Part shown: piece after piece, positions 1-21,175 of the stretch
Position numbering within the stretch: position 1 is the first letter of the stretch
Layout of the letters: each line of letters begins with the position of its first letter
DNA from: the human T2T-CHM13v2.0 reference genome, Homo sapiens
Reading direction: 5' to 3' (one strand)
DNA length: 64,000 nt
NCBI RefSeq assembly: GCF_009914755.1
Contig: NC_060938.1
The notes under the pieces: model-generated
The model's input: the letters and a program-made list of their open reading frames with translations, nothing else
The model's database searches: none
What the model was told of the DNA's origin: nothing
Program-made: the position numbers and the translations under genes

Positions 1-281
<281 letters not shown>

Positions 282-410
282 TAGGTAATTTGAAAAACAT
301 GGAGCAAACAATCTATAGAAAAGATAACCCAGGTTAGAAAAAGGTTGTTTCTTCCAACCTTTTTTTCCTATGTGTACAAATGTAAATGTGGGATTAGTAG
401 TTATTGATAA

Positions 411-1234
<824 letters not shown>

Positions 1235-1443
1235 TCAAATGCTAGCTCTCAAGAGAATAATAAAATTTATCTTGTAATAATAGTACAGGTAAGAAGGGGA
1301 GTAATGCATAAATATATTTAAATTTTTGATTATAAAATAATTGTATACTTTTTATGGACACTGGTCAATGTTAGGGGAGGGGAAATGGAAGAAAAAAATC
1401 TGTACAATGATCAACATTTTGAAATTTAGGAAAGTTTATATTA

Positions 1444-1883
<440 letters not shown>

Positions 1884-1895
1884 TTAAAAATGTAA

Positions 1896-2219
<324 letters not shown>

Positions 2220-2355
2220 TAATTTTCATAGTTATATATTCCATCATTTAAATTGAGTACTAAATATAATTAAATCATATTAATTGAAGGTAGATATCTA
2301 ATTTTTTTTTTTTAACTCAGCACAGTTGTTTACTATTTGTATTTAAAATTGACTC

Positions 2356-2630
2356 GGCCAGGCACGGTGGCTCACGCCTGTAATCCCAGCACTTTGAGAG
2401 GGCGTGGTGAGCGGATCACCTGAGGTCAGGAGTGTGAGACCAACCTGGCCAACATGGTGAAACTCCACCTCTACTAAAAATACAAAAATTAGCTGGATGT
2501 GGTGGTTGGCGTCAGTAATCCCAGCTACTCAGGAGGCTGAGGCAGGAGAATCACTTGAACCCTGGAGGTGTAGTTTGCAGTGAGCTGAGATTGCAAAACT
2601 GCACTCAAAAAAATAAAAATAAAAATAAAA
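2356..2630 (+). mobile_element. AluS with a 3' internal deletion
   Basis: TSD AAAATTGACTC; tail follows CTGCACTC directly. Confidence 0.92.
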
Positions 2631-3234
2631 AATTGACTCAACATTTTCAGCGACAATATTCTCTTTGCTTGATCCTCAGACTAATTCAATGTCAGATTTT
2701 TCGTCACTCTTCCCAGATGCAAGAATGTCAAAGCCAGTGGTGAACCCTTAGAGATCAAGCAGACCAACCTCTTCACTTAACAGACCAACCTCTTCACTTA
2801 ACAGATAAGGAAACTGGGATTCAGAAGAGTCAAATGGCTTCCTGAAGGCCTCAGAGCTAGTAGTGACCCAGAGGCAAACTCTCTAAGATCTTGATGGGGC
2901 CTGGATCCAAACACTGCTTGTCTGGATCTAGAGAAGATACTATAGTTGCAGATAAAATCTACAAAACATGTCCTGAAAATCTTTATATATATCTCCTAGG
3001 CCTGTGTCTTTGTGTTCAAGATAGCTAAGTGAGATAGAAAACTATATTATCCCAATAACTTAATTTACTTTTTTATTAAAAAAAATTTGGGGGGTACATA
3101 GTAGCTATATGTATTTATGGGGTACATGAGATGTTTTGATACAGGCATGCAATGTGAAATAAGCACATCATGGAGAATGGGGTATCCATCCCCTCAAGCA
3201 TTTATCCTTTGAGTTACAAACAATCCAATTACAC

Positions 3235-3528
<294 letters not shown>

Positions 3529-3568
3529 TCCATTATACTCTTTAAATTATTTAAAAATGTACAATTAA

Positions 3569-3868
<300 letters not shown>

Positions 3869-4619
3869 TTAAGTTATTTTGACTATAGTCACCTTATTGT
3901 GCTATCAAATAGTAAGGTTTTATTCATTCTTTCTATTTTTTTTGTATCTATTACCATCTCCATTTCCCCCCCAATCCCCCATGACCCTTCCCAGCCTCTG
4001 GTAACCATCCTTCTACTCTATATGTCCATGAGTTCAAAAATTTTGATTTTTAGATCCCATAAATAAATGAGAACATGCAATGTTTGTCTTTCTGTGCATG
4101 GCTGGTGTCACTTAACATAGCGTCCTCCATTTCCATCCAGTTGTTGTAAATGACTGGATCTCATTCTTTTTTTATGGCTGAACAGTGCACCATTGTGTGT
4201 AAGTACCACCTTAAAAAATCTATTTATCTGTTGATGGACACTTAGGTTGCTTCCAAATCTTGGCAACTGTGAACAGAGTTGCAACAAACATGGGAATGCA
4301 GATATCTCTTGGACATACAGGTTTAATTTCCTTTGGATAATAACCAGTAGTAGGATTGCTAAATCATATGGCAGTTCTATTTTGAATTTTTTGAGGAACC
4401 TCCGAGCTGTTCTCCATAGTGGTTGCACTAATTTACATTCCCACCAACAGTGTACAAGGGTTCCCTTTTCTCCACATCCTTGCCAGCATTTGTTATTGCC
4501 TGTTTTTTGGATAGAAGCCACTTTAACTGGGGTGAGATGTTATCTCATTGTAGTTTTGATTTGCATTACTCTGGTAAGTGATGTTAAGCACCTTTTCATA
4601 AGCCTGTTTGCCATTTTTT

Positions 4620-4842
4620 TTGTTTTGTTTGTTTTTTATTTCAATAGTTTTTTGGGGGAACAGGTAGTGTTTGGTTATATGAATAAGTTATTTAGTGGTG
4701 ATTTCTGAGATTTTGGTGAGCCTATCACTCGAGCAATGTACACTGTACCCAGTCTTTTATCCCTTTCCTCTCCCCGCATTTCCCTCAAGTTCCCAAAGTT
4801 CATTGTATCATTCTATGCCTTTGTGTCCTCATATCTTAGCTT
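4620..4842 (-). mobile_element. L1PB 3'-end fragment
   Basis: TTTCAATAGTTTTTTGGGGGAACAGGTAGTGTTTGGTTATATGAATAAG...TGCCTTTGTGTCCTCATATCTTAGC matches the recalled L1PB 3'UTR. Confidence 0.75.
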
Positions 4843-4960
4843 CCAGGATTTTTAACTTTTTAACAATATTGGAATAAGCCATTTATTTTCTATTCACCTC
4901 AGCTTCTCACCAGTTGATCTCTCCAAGATTATTTCTATCTCATTCTGTTTTTGATTAGTA

Positions 4961-5320
4961 TAGCAGAACCTCCAATAATGTTATTTGGTTATAACATCGA
5001 TGAGAAAAATAAATGGATTCCCAGCTGGGGCCACTGTCTGTGTGGAATTTGCACGTTTTCCCCTTGTCTGCATGAGTTTTCTCCAGATACTCCAATTTCC
5101 TCCCACATTCCGAAGACACGCCTTTTAGGTGAATTGGCATGTCTAAATGGTTCCAGTCTGAGTGAGTGTAGGTGTGTGAGTGTGCCCTGTGACGGAATGC
5201 CGTCCCGTCCAGGGTGGGTTTCTGCTTTGTGCCCTGAGCTGCTGGGATAAGCTCTGGCCAGCCATGACCCTGAACTAGAATAAGCAGGTTGGAAAATGAA
5301 TGAATGAGTAAATACAAATA
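4961..5320 (+). mobile_element. MER6 (TcMar-Tigger) left part, including its V-SINE-like core
   Basis: Preceded by TA. GGGGCCACTGTCTGTGTGGAATTTGCACGTTTTCCC...GGTTGGAAAATGAATGAATGA matches the recalled MER6 consensus. Confidence 0.85.
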
Positions 5321-5329
5321 ATAATAATA

Positions 5330-5669
<340 letters not shown>

Positions 5670-6797
5670 TAATTTAAAATCATATTGTGATGCCTCCAAC
5701 TTTTTCTTTCTCAGCATTGTTTTAGCTATTCAAGGTCTTTTATATTTCCACACAATTTTTAGGCTTGTTTCTTCTATTTCTGTGAATGCCATTGGGATTT
5801 TGATAGAGATTGTATTGAATCTGTATATTGCCTTGGGCAATATGGACATTTTAACAATAATTTAATTTAATTTAATTTAATTATCCTGCTGAATGGGCAT
5901 GGGATACTTTTCCAAATATTTTTGTCATCATTAATTTCTTTCATCAATGTTTTGTAGTTTTTGGTGTACAGATTTTCACCTCTTTTTAGAAGTTTATTCC
6001 TGAATATGTTGTTTTATTTTTTGATGCTATCATAAATGGGATTGTTGTCTCAATTTCTTTTTCAGTTAGGTCATTACTTGTGTATTAAGATGCTACTGAT
6101 TTTTGTAAGTTGATTTTGTATTCAGCAAATTTACTGAATTCAGGTATTCTAAAAGGTTTTTGTGGAGTCTTTGGAGTTTTTTATGTATAGGATATTGTCA
6201 TCTGCAAATAGAGATAATTTTACTTTTTCACTTCCGACTTGTATGCCTTTTATTTCTTTTTCTTATTTGATTGTTCTTGCTACTACTTCCAGTACAATGT
6301 TGAGTAGAAGTGGTGAGAGTGGGCATTCTTGCCTTGTACTGAATCTTAGTGGGAAAGCATTCAGTTTTTCCTCACTGACTATAATGTTAGCTGTGGGTTT
6401 TTCATAAATGGCCTTTATTATGTTGAGGAATTGTCCTCTATACCTAAAAGATCAAGAGTTTTTATCAAGAAAGGATGTTAGACTTTGCAAAATGCTTTTC
6501 TGTGTCAGTTGAGATGATCACATGGTTTTAATCTTATTTTTTTAATGTGGTGTATCACATTGATTTGCATAGGTTAAACCAGCCTTTCTTGCCAGGGATA
6601 AATCCTACTTGGTCACGATGTATAATCTTTTTGATATGTTGTTCGATTCAATTCAGTTTGCTAATATTTTGTTAAGGGTTTTTGAATCAATGTTCATCAG
6701 ACTGGCCTATAATTTTCTTTATTTATAATGTCTTTGTCTGGCTTATAATGAAGGTAATGCTGACCTCATAAAATGTGTTTGAAAGTATTTCTTCTAG

Positions 6798-7648
<851 letters not shown>

Positions 7649-7687
7649 TAACCAGTCCTCTAGGTTATACAATTTGTTGGCATATAA

Positions 7688-7999
<312 letters not shown>

Positions 8000-8912
8000 C
8001 ATAATAGTCCTTCATGATCCTTTTTATTTCTGAAGCATCTGTTGTAATTTATTCACTTTCATTTTTGATTTTGTTCTCTTTGTTACACTAGCCAAGAGTT
8101 TGATTTTATTTTTGCAAAACCTCTTAGTTTTATTGATTCTTTACATCGTTTTTCTCTTCTCTATGTATTTGTCTGATTTTTATTATTTCCTTCCTTCTGC
8201 TAATTTTGAGTTTAGTTTGTTCTTTTTTTCATGCATTGAGGTGTCTTAAATTATTTATTTGTGATCTTTCTTCTTTATAAACTTCTCTCTTAGAACTGTG
8301 TTTGCTATATCACATAGGATTTGGTTTGTTGTGTTTCCCTTGTTGTTTGTCTCAAGACATTTTCAAATTTCCCTTTTGATATCTTCTTTGACCCATTGGT
8401 TGTTTATGAGCATGTTGTTTAATTTCCACATATTTATGAATTTTCCAAATTCCTCCTCTTATTGATTTCTAGTTTTATACCATTGTGGTCTGAAGCAGTA
8501 CTAGATATGATTTCAATTTTCTTAAATTTGTTACCACTTGTTTTGTGGCCTAACATGTGGTCTATCCTGAAGAATATTCCATGTGCACTAGAGAAAAACG
8601 TGTATTCTGCTGCTGTTGGATGTAAAGTTCCATATATATCTGTTAGGTCCATTTGGTCAAAAGTGCAATTCAAGTCCAGTATTTCCTTATTAATTATCTG
8701 TCTGGTTGATCTATCCATTGTTGAAAGTGGATTATTTAAGTCTCTCTCTGTTGTGGTATTGCTATCTGTTTCTCCCTTCAAGTTAATTAGTAGTCACTTT
8801 ATGTATTTAGGTGCTCTAAGGTTGGGTGCATATATATTTATAATGGTTATGTCCTCTCAATGAATTGACCCCTTCATCATTAAATTATTACTTTCTTTTT
8901 CTCTAACGACAG

Positions 8913-9220
8913 TTTTTTGTTTTTTGTTTTTTTTTTTTTTGAGACAGGGTCTTGCACTGTTACCCAGGAGTGCAGTGGTATGGTTGTAGTTCACGGAAGA
9001 GTCAAACTCCTGGGCTCAAGCGATCTTCCCACCTCAGTCTCTCGAGTAGCTATGACTGCAGGTGTGCATCACCATGCCTGGGTAATTTTTAAATTTTTTT
9101 GCAGAGACAAGGTCTTGCTATGTTGCCCAAACTGGTCTTGAACTTTTGGCCTCAAGTGATCTTCCCCCGCTAGACTTCCTAAAATCCTAGGATTACAGGT
9201 ATAAGCCACTGACCCTGGCC
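8913..9220 (-). mobile_element. AluJ
   Basis: Antisense consensus; TSD-like GACAGTTTTT. Confidence 0.9.
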
Positions 9221-9705
9221 CTTATGACAGTTTTTGACTTTTAGTCTATTTTATTAGATATAAGTATAGCCACCTCTGATCTCTTTTGGTTACTATTTGC
9301 ATGGAATATCTTCTTCCATTCATTCACTTTCAGCCTGTGTGTCCTTAAAGCTTAAGTGAGCCTCTTGCAGGTAGCATATGATTGGATTTTCTTTTTAAAA
9401 TTTATTCAACCACTCTGTCTTTTGATTGGAGAATTTAATCCATTTACATCCAAGGTTATTATTGATAGTCAAGGACTTATTATTGCCATTTTGTTTCTGT
9501 TTTCTGGTTGTTTTGTAGTACCTTCATTCCTTTCTTCCTATCTTGTCTACCTTTGTGGTTTGATAATTTTCTGTAATGCTAAGCTTTGATTCCTTTCTCT
9601 TTATCATTTGTAGGTCTGTTGTAGTTTTTGTTTTGTGGTTACCATGATGCTTACATCAAACATCTTACAGTTATAATCAATTATTTTAAGGTGATAATAA
9701 CTTAA

Positions 9706-10131
<426 letters not shown>

Positions 10132-13124
10132 TAGTAATTTTTGACCATTTTGACTTTTAACCTTCATACTAGAGAAATGTATGATTTACACACAACCATT
10201 ACAGTATTAAAGTATTCTGGATTTGACTATGTATTTACCTCTACCAGTGAGTTTTATACTTTCATATGTATTTATGATAGTAATTATCTTCCTTTCATTT
10301 CCACCTGAAGAACTTCCTTAGGCATTTCTTGTGGGGCAGGTCTAGTGGTGATAAATTCCTTCAGTTTTTGCTTATCTGGTAAAGACTTTATTTCTCTTTC
10401 ATTTCTGAGGGACAGCTTTACTGGGTATAGTATTCTTGGTTGACCTTTTTTGTTTGTTTACTTTGTTTTGTTTTGTTTTGTTTTTCCTTTCAGCACTTTG
10501 ACAATATCATCTCATTCTCTTCTGGCCTGCCATTCCTGGATCCTTGTTGCTGGTGCACCAGCCTCACAGAGCCTGGGCTACTACCAGGTTCTACCACCGC
10601 AGGGTTCAGAGTCACCACTGCATGGTAACTCACCTCCAGAGCCTGAACTGCTGCCATGCCCTGTTCATTCTCAGTCCCAAATTGCAGCTGTGCCCTTCTC
10701 CCTGGGCCTGAGCCTCTGGAACACCCCTTCTTTCCCAGAGTCATGCTGGTGCTATACCCTGTCCCCCAGGGTCAGAACCATAGCAACATTCTAGCCCCCT
10801 GGGCCTGAGTGGCTGGGGTATGCCTCAGAGCAACAGACCCTGGTTGAGTGGGAGAACTGCATGCATTTGGGCCTTGGAAAGTGAACCTGTGCCTCAAGTC
10901 TCAGGTGCTACAGTAGTTTCACAAGACCCTGGCTTGGGGGTGGTGCACTACTGGGTAGGTATGTTAAAGTGGCAGCAAAGCCTCAGGGATGGAGGGGGTG
11001 CAATGGTTACCTACACCCAGAACAGGATACATTATAGCAGTGGTTCCCATTCCAAGATGGTGCAGATTAATGGCAGCATGGGCCACATGGGGCCAAGGCG
11101 CAGCATTGGCTCCTTCTCTGGGAGTAGCTCAGTGTGTGAACTCCAGGGAGCTCCCTCAGCTGGGCTTGATCCTGTGAAGACTGCTGGAGACTCCAGTAGT
11201 GAAGACTGCAGGTGTTTGCAGTGGTGATGGGGGCTGCTAGAGTCCTCTTGCTTACCTTTACCCCTGCAAGAAGAAGTCTCTTCTGGTACCAAGATGATTC
11301 TGACTAGGGGTGTGGGGTGGAAGACCCAAGGTATTCCCTTCCCTATGGTGCTATCTTGGATTTCTGTGCTCTACAGGTTTTCTGCTGCTTTTTGCTGTTG
11401 CCGTTGTTCTCTGGAGCTCTCCTTGAGTTATTTTGGTCAATATGTATGTAGTTGTTTATTCATTGTTTTGGATTTTGTTGTGGTAGGGAGACCAATAGGA
11501 ACTTCTAGTTGGCCATCTTGCTGATGGCACTTTCCTCATAAATTATTTTTTTAAAGTGATGCACTGCCACACCTCTTCTCACACATCGCTTCTCTGTGAG
11601 TCCTCATCATCATGAACTCAGCTCTTCATATGAGGTGGGGTTGGGGACAGCGAGAGGGGAGAATGATGAAGGGAGTTGGATAAACTTCCTGAACTGGGCA
11701 ACCTTTGTGCTATGGTCTGCTGTCACTCTGCATTTGCTCACTTGCATTTTCTGATGATAACTCTGACTGGCTTAGAAATGTCAGAGGCAGCTGTGGTTGA
11801 ATCAAACTAAATAGTGAGGCCTCTCTCAGTGGACTGTTTTTCTTGCTTTCCTCTAGGGAGACACACTTTAGATGTGCCTGAATTGCGTTTTTTGGCAGAT
11901 TGTTACAGTAGAATATTGACTCTCTGATCTGAAGCCAGGCTTGTCCCAAAGACTGTCTGCTTTTCTAAGAGCTAATAATGAGAATTGATCAATGGCTGTG
12001 GTGGGGAGAGGAGGTGAAGGGAGGAAGAAGAAAAAACCCTGATCACTGTTCAGAGAACACTAGATTCTGAAGCTGTTTGGCAGTTTATTTCTACTATTTT
12101 GCCTGATTTTTTTCTAATCAGAAATAAGGCAAGTTTTTAGTGGACATGGTACAACTGAATTAAGACAAAGCAAAGCAAGCAAAGTAAATCTAAATGCTGT
12201 TCTTTCCTTTCTGTGAATTTCCCTATTCTTTAGTTCTTATAATCACCATATCCACATTGGTCAAGTGATTACAACTAACCCTATAGGGAATTACATCATT
12301 TTTCAATATAATGGAATTTCATTATTGCAATAGGAAGCCTGGGAAGAAGGAAGATTGGGTCCCAATTCATCCCCTGGGGAAAGCAAGATAAATACCTAGG
12401 CTTCTGATTAATTATTATTCCCCACCCCAAAACAAAGAGCCAAAGGAAATCCATATGCAGAAAAGAGGACAGGTGAAGATGCAAAGACATAATGATTTCT
12501 TTTTTAAATTGAAACTTCCTTTCTTTGATAAGTGTTCTCCTTCCTGTGAGAGTTTGGTCAGTTTTGCTTTATTTTAAAGCAGTGCTTCCCTACTGCCTGT
12601 CCAATGCAAGCCTGTTTGTTAAAGGTAACTCATCCCATCTGTCCTGCTGCTCACCCCCAAATTCTGATAGGGCTCTTTAAAGTGGCATGCCCTTGTTGGG
12701 AAGCACTGCATCTTTTATGTATCACCACTACCTAAAATAATTTTCTTGAGCTTTACTTTCTTTACATTATGTGAACAATATGTTGCTTTCTCCCAGATAT
12801 AAAATTATAATATTGTTGATCAAGTGCTTTTTCAAATTACACATGCTTCTCTTCTTTGCTAGCCCTCCACATCCTAAGATGATGATAAGCCCGCCAGTAT
12901 ACTTCTTAGAGGAAAATACTGTCTTGAAGAAACTTTTTTTTTTTTAGTTTGTATGTGTGTGTATGGTTTATAGACAAAGTTTCTGTTTTTATATTCTTTC
13001 TTGGAGTCTATGCCACACATACATACATATACAATACTTAAAACTTATTGGGCACTTTATATCTGTGTACATGGAATGATTTAATTTAATTCAAATTAAA
13101 TAATTGAATATTTAATTAAGTGTA

Positions 13125-13310
13125 TTTAATCTAATACACACAACCATCCTAGGAGGTAGGTATTATTATTGTCCCCATTTTAAGATGAAGAAACAGGCAC
13201 TCAGAAATAAGCTCACTTACCCAATGTCACATAATTAGTAAGCGGTAGAGTCAGGACATAAACCCAGAGAGACTGACCCTAGAGCCCATGCTTTTGACCT
13301 CTCTACTATC
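13125..13310 (-). mobile_element. MIR
   Basis: Core CCCCATTTTAAGATGAAGAAACAGGCACTCAGA...CCCAATGTCACA. Confidence 0.75.
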
Positions 13311-13466
13311 TTGTGTGGTCTACAACTAGGGAAAAACCCATTGTGCAGACACTAATAATTTAGATCAAATAAAATAGCATAAATAACATTAAAAGAAAAT
13401 TTTCTTTCTGACCAAATATTTCAAGCTTAAGTTGTTGGCTAATACATTTCAAGCATTATTAATTAA

Positions 13467-14147
<681 letters not shown>

Positions 14148-14251
14148 CATATAAAATTTTATTGAAGATGTGATTATAGTAAAATTACCTGTACTTTTTT
14201 TTTTTTAAATTTAAGAGACTAAACTGTTCAGCATTATGGTATTCACTCTAA

Positions 14252-14659
<408 letters not shown>

Positions 14660-14869
14660 TAATGGGATTTTAAAATACCCAATTACTTAAGCCTAGAAAC
14701 CTTAAAATTTTGAAGTGAACAATTATTTTGGATTTAAACATTGAGTCAGTAAAATTTTATAAATAAATGTTTAAAATAATGATTCAGATTTCATTATAGT
14801 TGAATGGTAGAAAGGATCACAGAGACCATGTGTGCATGTGACTGAAGATTAGAGGGTTCACAATAAGAA

Positions 14870-16330
14870 TTACCCTCTCATATCTGGCCCCATCTGCCTG
14901 GTTCCCACCCTGCACCTTAATCACTGTTACCAGTTTTCTCTGAATCTGTCCAGAGTTTTCACATATACAAATAGGTATGAATGTATATTCCCCTCCCGTC
15001 TTTTTACATAAAAGATAACATTATTTTACACTGAAAAAAACAGGCTGGGTGCGATGGGCTCATGCCTGTAATCCCAGCACTTGGGGAGGCCGAGGCGGGT
15101 GGATCACGAGGTCAGGAGATCGAGACCATCCTGGCTAACATGGTGAAACCCCGTCTCTCCTAAAAACACAAAAAAAATTAGCTGGGCATGGTGGCACGCA
15201 TCTGTAGTCCCAGCTACTCAGGAGAATCGCTTGAACACGGGAGGCCGAGGTTGCAGTGATCCAAGATCGCGCCACTGCACTCCAGCCTGGGAGACAGAGC
15301 GAAATTCCATCTCAAAAAAACAAAAACAAAAACAAAAACAAACTTTATATATTCTGAAGATTTTTTTCATATCAGTATATAGAGCTTTCTTATTGTTTTT
15401 GTATTTTATTGAAGATCTGCAAAATATCCCATTTAATAAATGTAGCATAATGTATTTAGTTAATTTATTATTAATGGACATTTAGATTGTTTTCCAGTCT
15501 TTTACTAATACATTGTTTCAGTGGATAATAACCTACACGAGTATATCTATAGGATAAATTCCCAGAAGTGGATTTACTTAGTCAAAGGACTTACACATTT
15601 ATAGTTTGGATAGATTTTGCAAATTGCCCTCCATAAGTGTTTTACTAATTTATTCTTCCACCAGCAATGTAGGAGAGTGCCTGTTTCCCCACAGCTTTGC
15701 CAACAGTGTGCATTTTCAAACCTAATAGCTGAGAAATAATTATGTCAGTGTAGTTCTGATTTGCAATTCTCTTATTAGGAGTGAGGCTAGGTATCCTTTT
15801 CCATGTCCAAAAAATGTTTTTATTTTCTGTGAGCTGTTCCCACTTTTAGCTCATTTTACTGTTGAATTGGGTTGATAGTCTTTTTCCTATTTCTACTTAC
15901 AGGTGCTCCTTCTAGATAGGGGAGATTTGCCTTTTGTCTGTGTAAAGAATTATAAGCATTTCCCTCCAATTTATAATTGTCTTTCAATATCACATACAGT
16001 ATTTTTTGCCATGTAGAATTAAAAAATATTTTTATGTAGTTAAATTTATCAATATTTTCTTTAGTGACTTCTGGATTTCAATTCATAGTAAAAAGGGGCC
16101 TTCCCTACTCCAAGGTTATAAAGGAATTCTCCTTTCTTTATTAGTAGTTTTGTCTCTTTTAAAGTTTTATTTTATTTATAATTGACACATAACTGTACAT
16201 ATTTATGGGGTACAGTGTGATGTTTCAATGCATGTATACATTGTATAATAATCAAATCAGGGTAATTTGCATATCCATTACTTTAAACATTTGTCATTTC
16301 TTTGTGATGATAACATTCAAATACCTCTTC
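14870..16330 (-). mobile_element. Degraded L1ME fragments plus an L1MA 3' fragment (16165-16330)
   Basis: GGATAAATTCCCAGAAGTGGAT...CCACCAGCAATGTAGGAGAGTGCCTGTTTCCCCACA; GTACATATTTATGGGGTACAGTGTGATG. Confidence 0.65.
15043..15342 (+). mobile_element. AluSc/Y-like
   Basis: GGATCACGAGGTCAGGAGATCGAGACCATCCTGGCTAAC; small deletion in the right arm. Confidence 0.92.
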
Positions 16331-16846
16331 TTCTTTCAGTAGTTTTGTAGTTCTTTTTTTCCTTTCCTTCCTTCTTTCCTTCTTTCTCTTTTCTCTCTCT
16401 CTCTCTGTCTCTCCCCTATTTGGGATATTCCTAGTGTATGGTATGGATAATATTTTAGGAAATCAGCTTGTTTCTATGCATGTGTTTTCTTTTTATACTT
16501 CCCCCATTTAAAGTAAATAGCTGGTTCAGGGTCTCTATAGAACAGAAGGCAGAGATATTATGCAAGACTTTCTGGTTTCTGTTTCCAAAAACTTAAGCCC
16601 CTGGGAAGATTTAGAGAGTTTGTAGAAAAGAAAAAAGGGAGAAGGAGATTTTCAGGTATAGGTAGAGTGCCCTAGGGAAGTAGGGCAAGGAGGTGGGGTT
16701 GGTAGAAAGTGAGGCTTTCCCCCACTACTTCTCTCCAACACACACATACACACACACACACACACAGATACATACCCCCACCCCAACACCACGTCAAAAA
16801 TATCCCCCCCAATAGGAGGAAAACAAGAGACAAGTCTGTAAGTTCT

Positions 16847-17531
<685 letters not shown>

Positions 17532-17943
17532 ATTCTAGAGCATCAATGTCCCAGTTTTGGCTTCTTGGCAGCACCTAGAGAGGAGTAGGATCTGTTGCCT
17601 CCAGGCATATGGGATTTAGTCAGTTGCAAAAAAAGATTCCCAAGTCCAAAATATGTTGATGAAGTAGAAGGAACTACTGATGCTGAAGGTGCTGTTTAGA
17701 CAAGACAATGGAAGACTCAGGGATAACCTATGTACAGAAGTGATTGATTGCTAGAACCGGCACACCCCAATTTGCCCCATGTCAAAATGCAAAAGATATA
17801 AGAATCTTAACCTAACTCAGAAGAGATGGGTGAAGGGCTTTAAAAACTAACCTTTTTTTTTTTCCACTAGCCCAGGAGAATAGGGGAAATTCATTTTTAC
17901 ATAAAGTGATATTCTTATTTACCTGACCATACTCACTACATAT

Positions 17944-19041
17944 TGTCTTAGTCTGTTCTGGCTGTTATAACAAAAATACCATAAACTAGCTGGCTTATAA
18001 ACAACCCATTTATTTCCCACAGTTCTGGAGGCTGAGAAGTCCAAGATCAAGGCACCAGCAGATTTGGTGTCTGGTGTAACTGCCAAGTGAGTTCATTGTG
18101 TCTTGCTGCTCATATAATCAAGGCAGGGGAATTGCAATAGAGAAAGAGTTTAATACATGTAGAACCAGCTAAACAGGAGACCAGAGTTTTATTATTACTC
18201 AAATCAGCCTCCCTGAAAATTCAGAGGCTAGGGTTTTTCAAGGATAGTTTGGGAGGCAGGGGACGAGGGAATGGGTGCTGCTGATTGGATTGAGATCACT
18301 CATAGGGGTATGGAAAACAGTCCTCACGTGCTGAGTCCACCCCAGGTAGGGGCCACAGCAAAGTTGCTGGTCCAGGTGGAGTCATCTGGTAGTCAGAAAT
18401 GCAAAACTCTGAGAAGACATTGAAAAGGCCAGTCTTAGGTTTTACAATTGTGATGTTATTTACAGCAGCAAATGGGGAAGTTGCAAATCTTCCTGAAAAT
18501 GCTATACCTCCAGAAAAATGGCTGGTAATCATTGAACTATCACTACATCTTAGCAGAATTTAGGCCCCTCTCATCCTCTGTACTTGGTGGCTTAGCACTA
18601 GTTTTACAAAGGTGGTTTAGTTTGGGGAGGGGCTATTATCACTTAAACTATAAACTAAATTTCTGCCAGCATTAGCTTGGCCCATGCCTAGGAATGAATG
18701 ACCAAGGGCAGTTTAGAGGTTAAAGGCAAGATGGAGTTGGTTAGGTCAGATCTCTTTCACTGTCATCATTTTCTCACTGCTATAATTTTTGCAAAGCCGG
18801 TTTCACTGGTGGGGGTCTGCTTTCTGGTTTATAGGTGGTACCTTCTAGCTATGCCCTCACATAGTAGAAGGGAAGAACTCTTGTTTCTGTAACCCCTTAT
18901 AAGAGCACTAATCCCATTCATGAGGACTCTGTCCTCATGAGCTAATTATCTCCCAAAGGCCCCACCTCCTAATACCATCACCTTGGGGGTAGGAGTTCAA
19001 CATATGAATTTTGGCAGGCCACAAACATTCAAACCTTAGCA
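17944..19041 (-). mobile_element. MLT1A-type MaLR solo LTR split by an LTR8
   Basis: TGTCTTAGTCTGTT...AAACATTCAAACCTTAGCA termini; TSD CATAT/TATAT. Confidence 0.82.
18075..18805 (-). mobile_element. LTR8-family (ERV1) solo LTR
   Basis: Minus strand begins TGAAACCGGCTTTGCAAAAATTATAGCAGTGAG...GAGATCTGACCTAACCAACTCCATCTTG. 4-bp TSD CTGG at 18071-18074 and 18806-18809. Confidence 0.85.
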
Positions 19042-19615
19042 TATATAGTATGGTCTATAATTTAGGTATGTACTGTTTGTGATTAAACTACTACCTTATT
19101 ACTCACTAAAGCTGCCAACACTTAAAGTAAAAGATTAGAGAATTCCACTTTTGAGACGTCATGAACTTAGTTCCAGCTTTGTGGGACCTCATATACCAAT
19201 GTGTCCTTGAATGTTACTGGGCCACAGGTTTGTATTTGTTTTTTATTTTTGGCAGGGGGAGGTGGGTGGTGAAGGAAAGATCAGGTGTACAGAACTGAAT
19301 TAATCAGAATCATCACTTCTTGGCACACAACTATGATTCTGTGTAACGTTGTTCTCCTGTTTGATTTTGTTATTTTTCCCTTCATTCTCTGTCTCATTCC
19401 CATTCTCTTCAAAGGTATCCAATCTAGAGGCTTTTCCCATGCTCACCCATAAAGCCTTGGAACAGCCCAACTGTCACTTAAAAAACTATCTGCTGTTGAC
19501 TAATATAGATGTTTGTGAAACAAGAAACAGGAGTATAACAAGCAAGTTACAAAAGAGTGTAACGGGAGTTAGATAATTTTCTGGTGGACTTTCTTTGCCT
19601 ATAAAAATGAAGTTA

Positions 19616-21175
<1,560 letters not shown>

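Noticed and set aside
19349-19420. Long AG-free pyrimidine tract ending AAG|GTATCC
   Set aside because: AAG is a poor acceptor and no convincing downstream donor was found.
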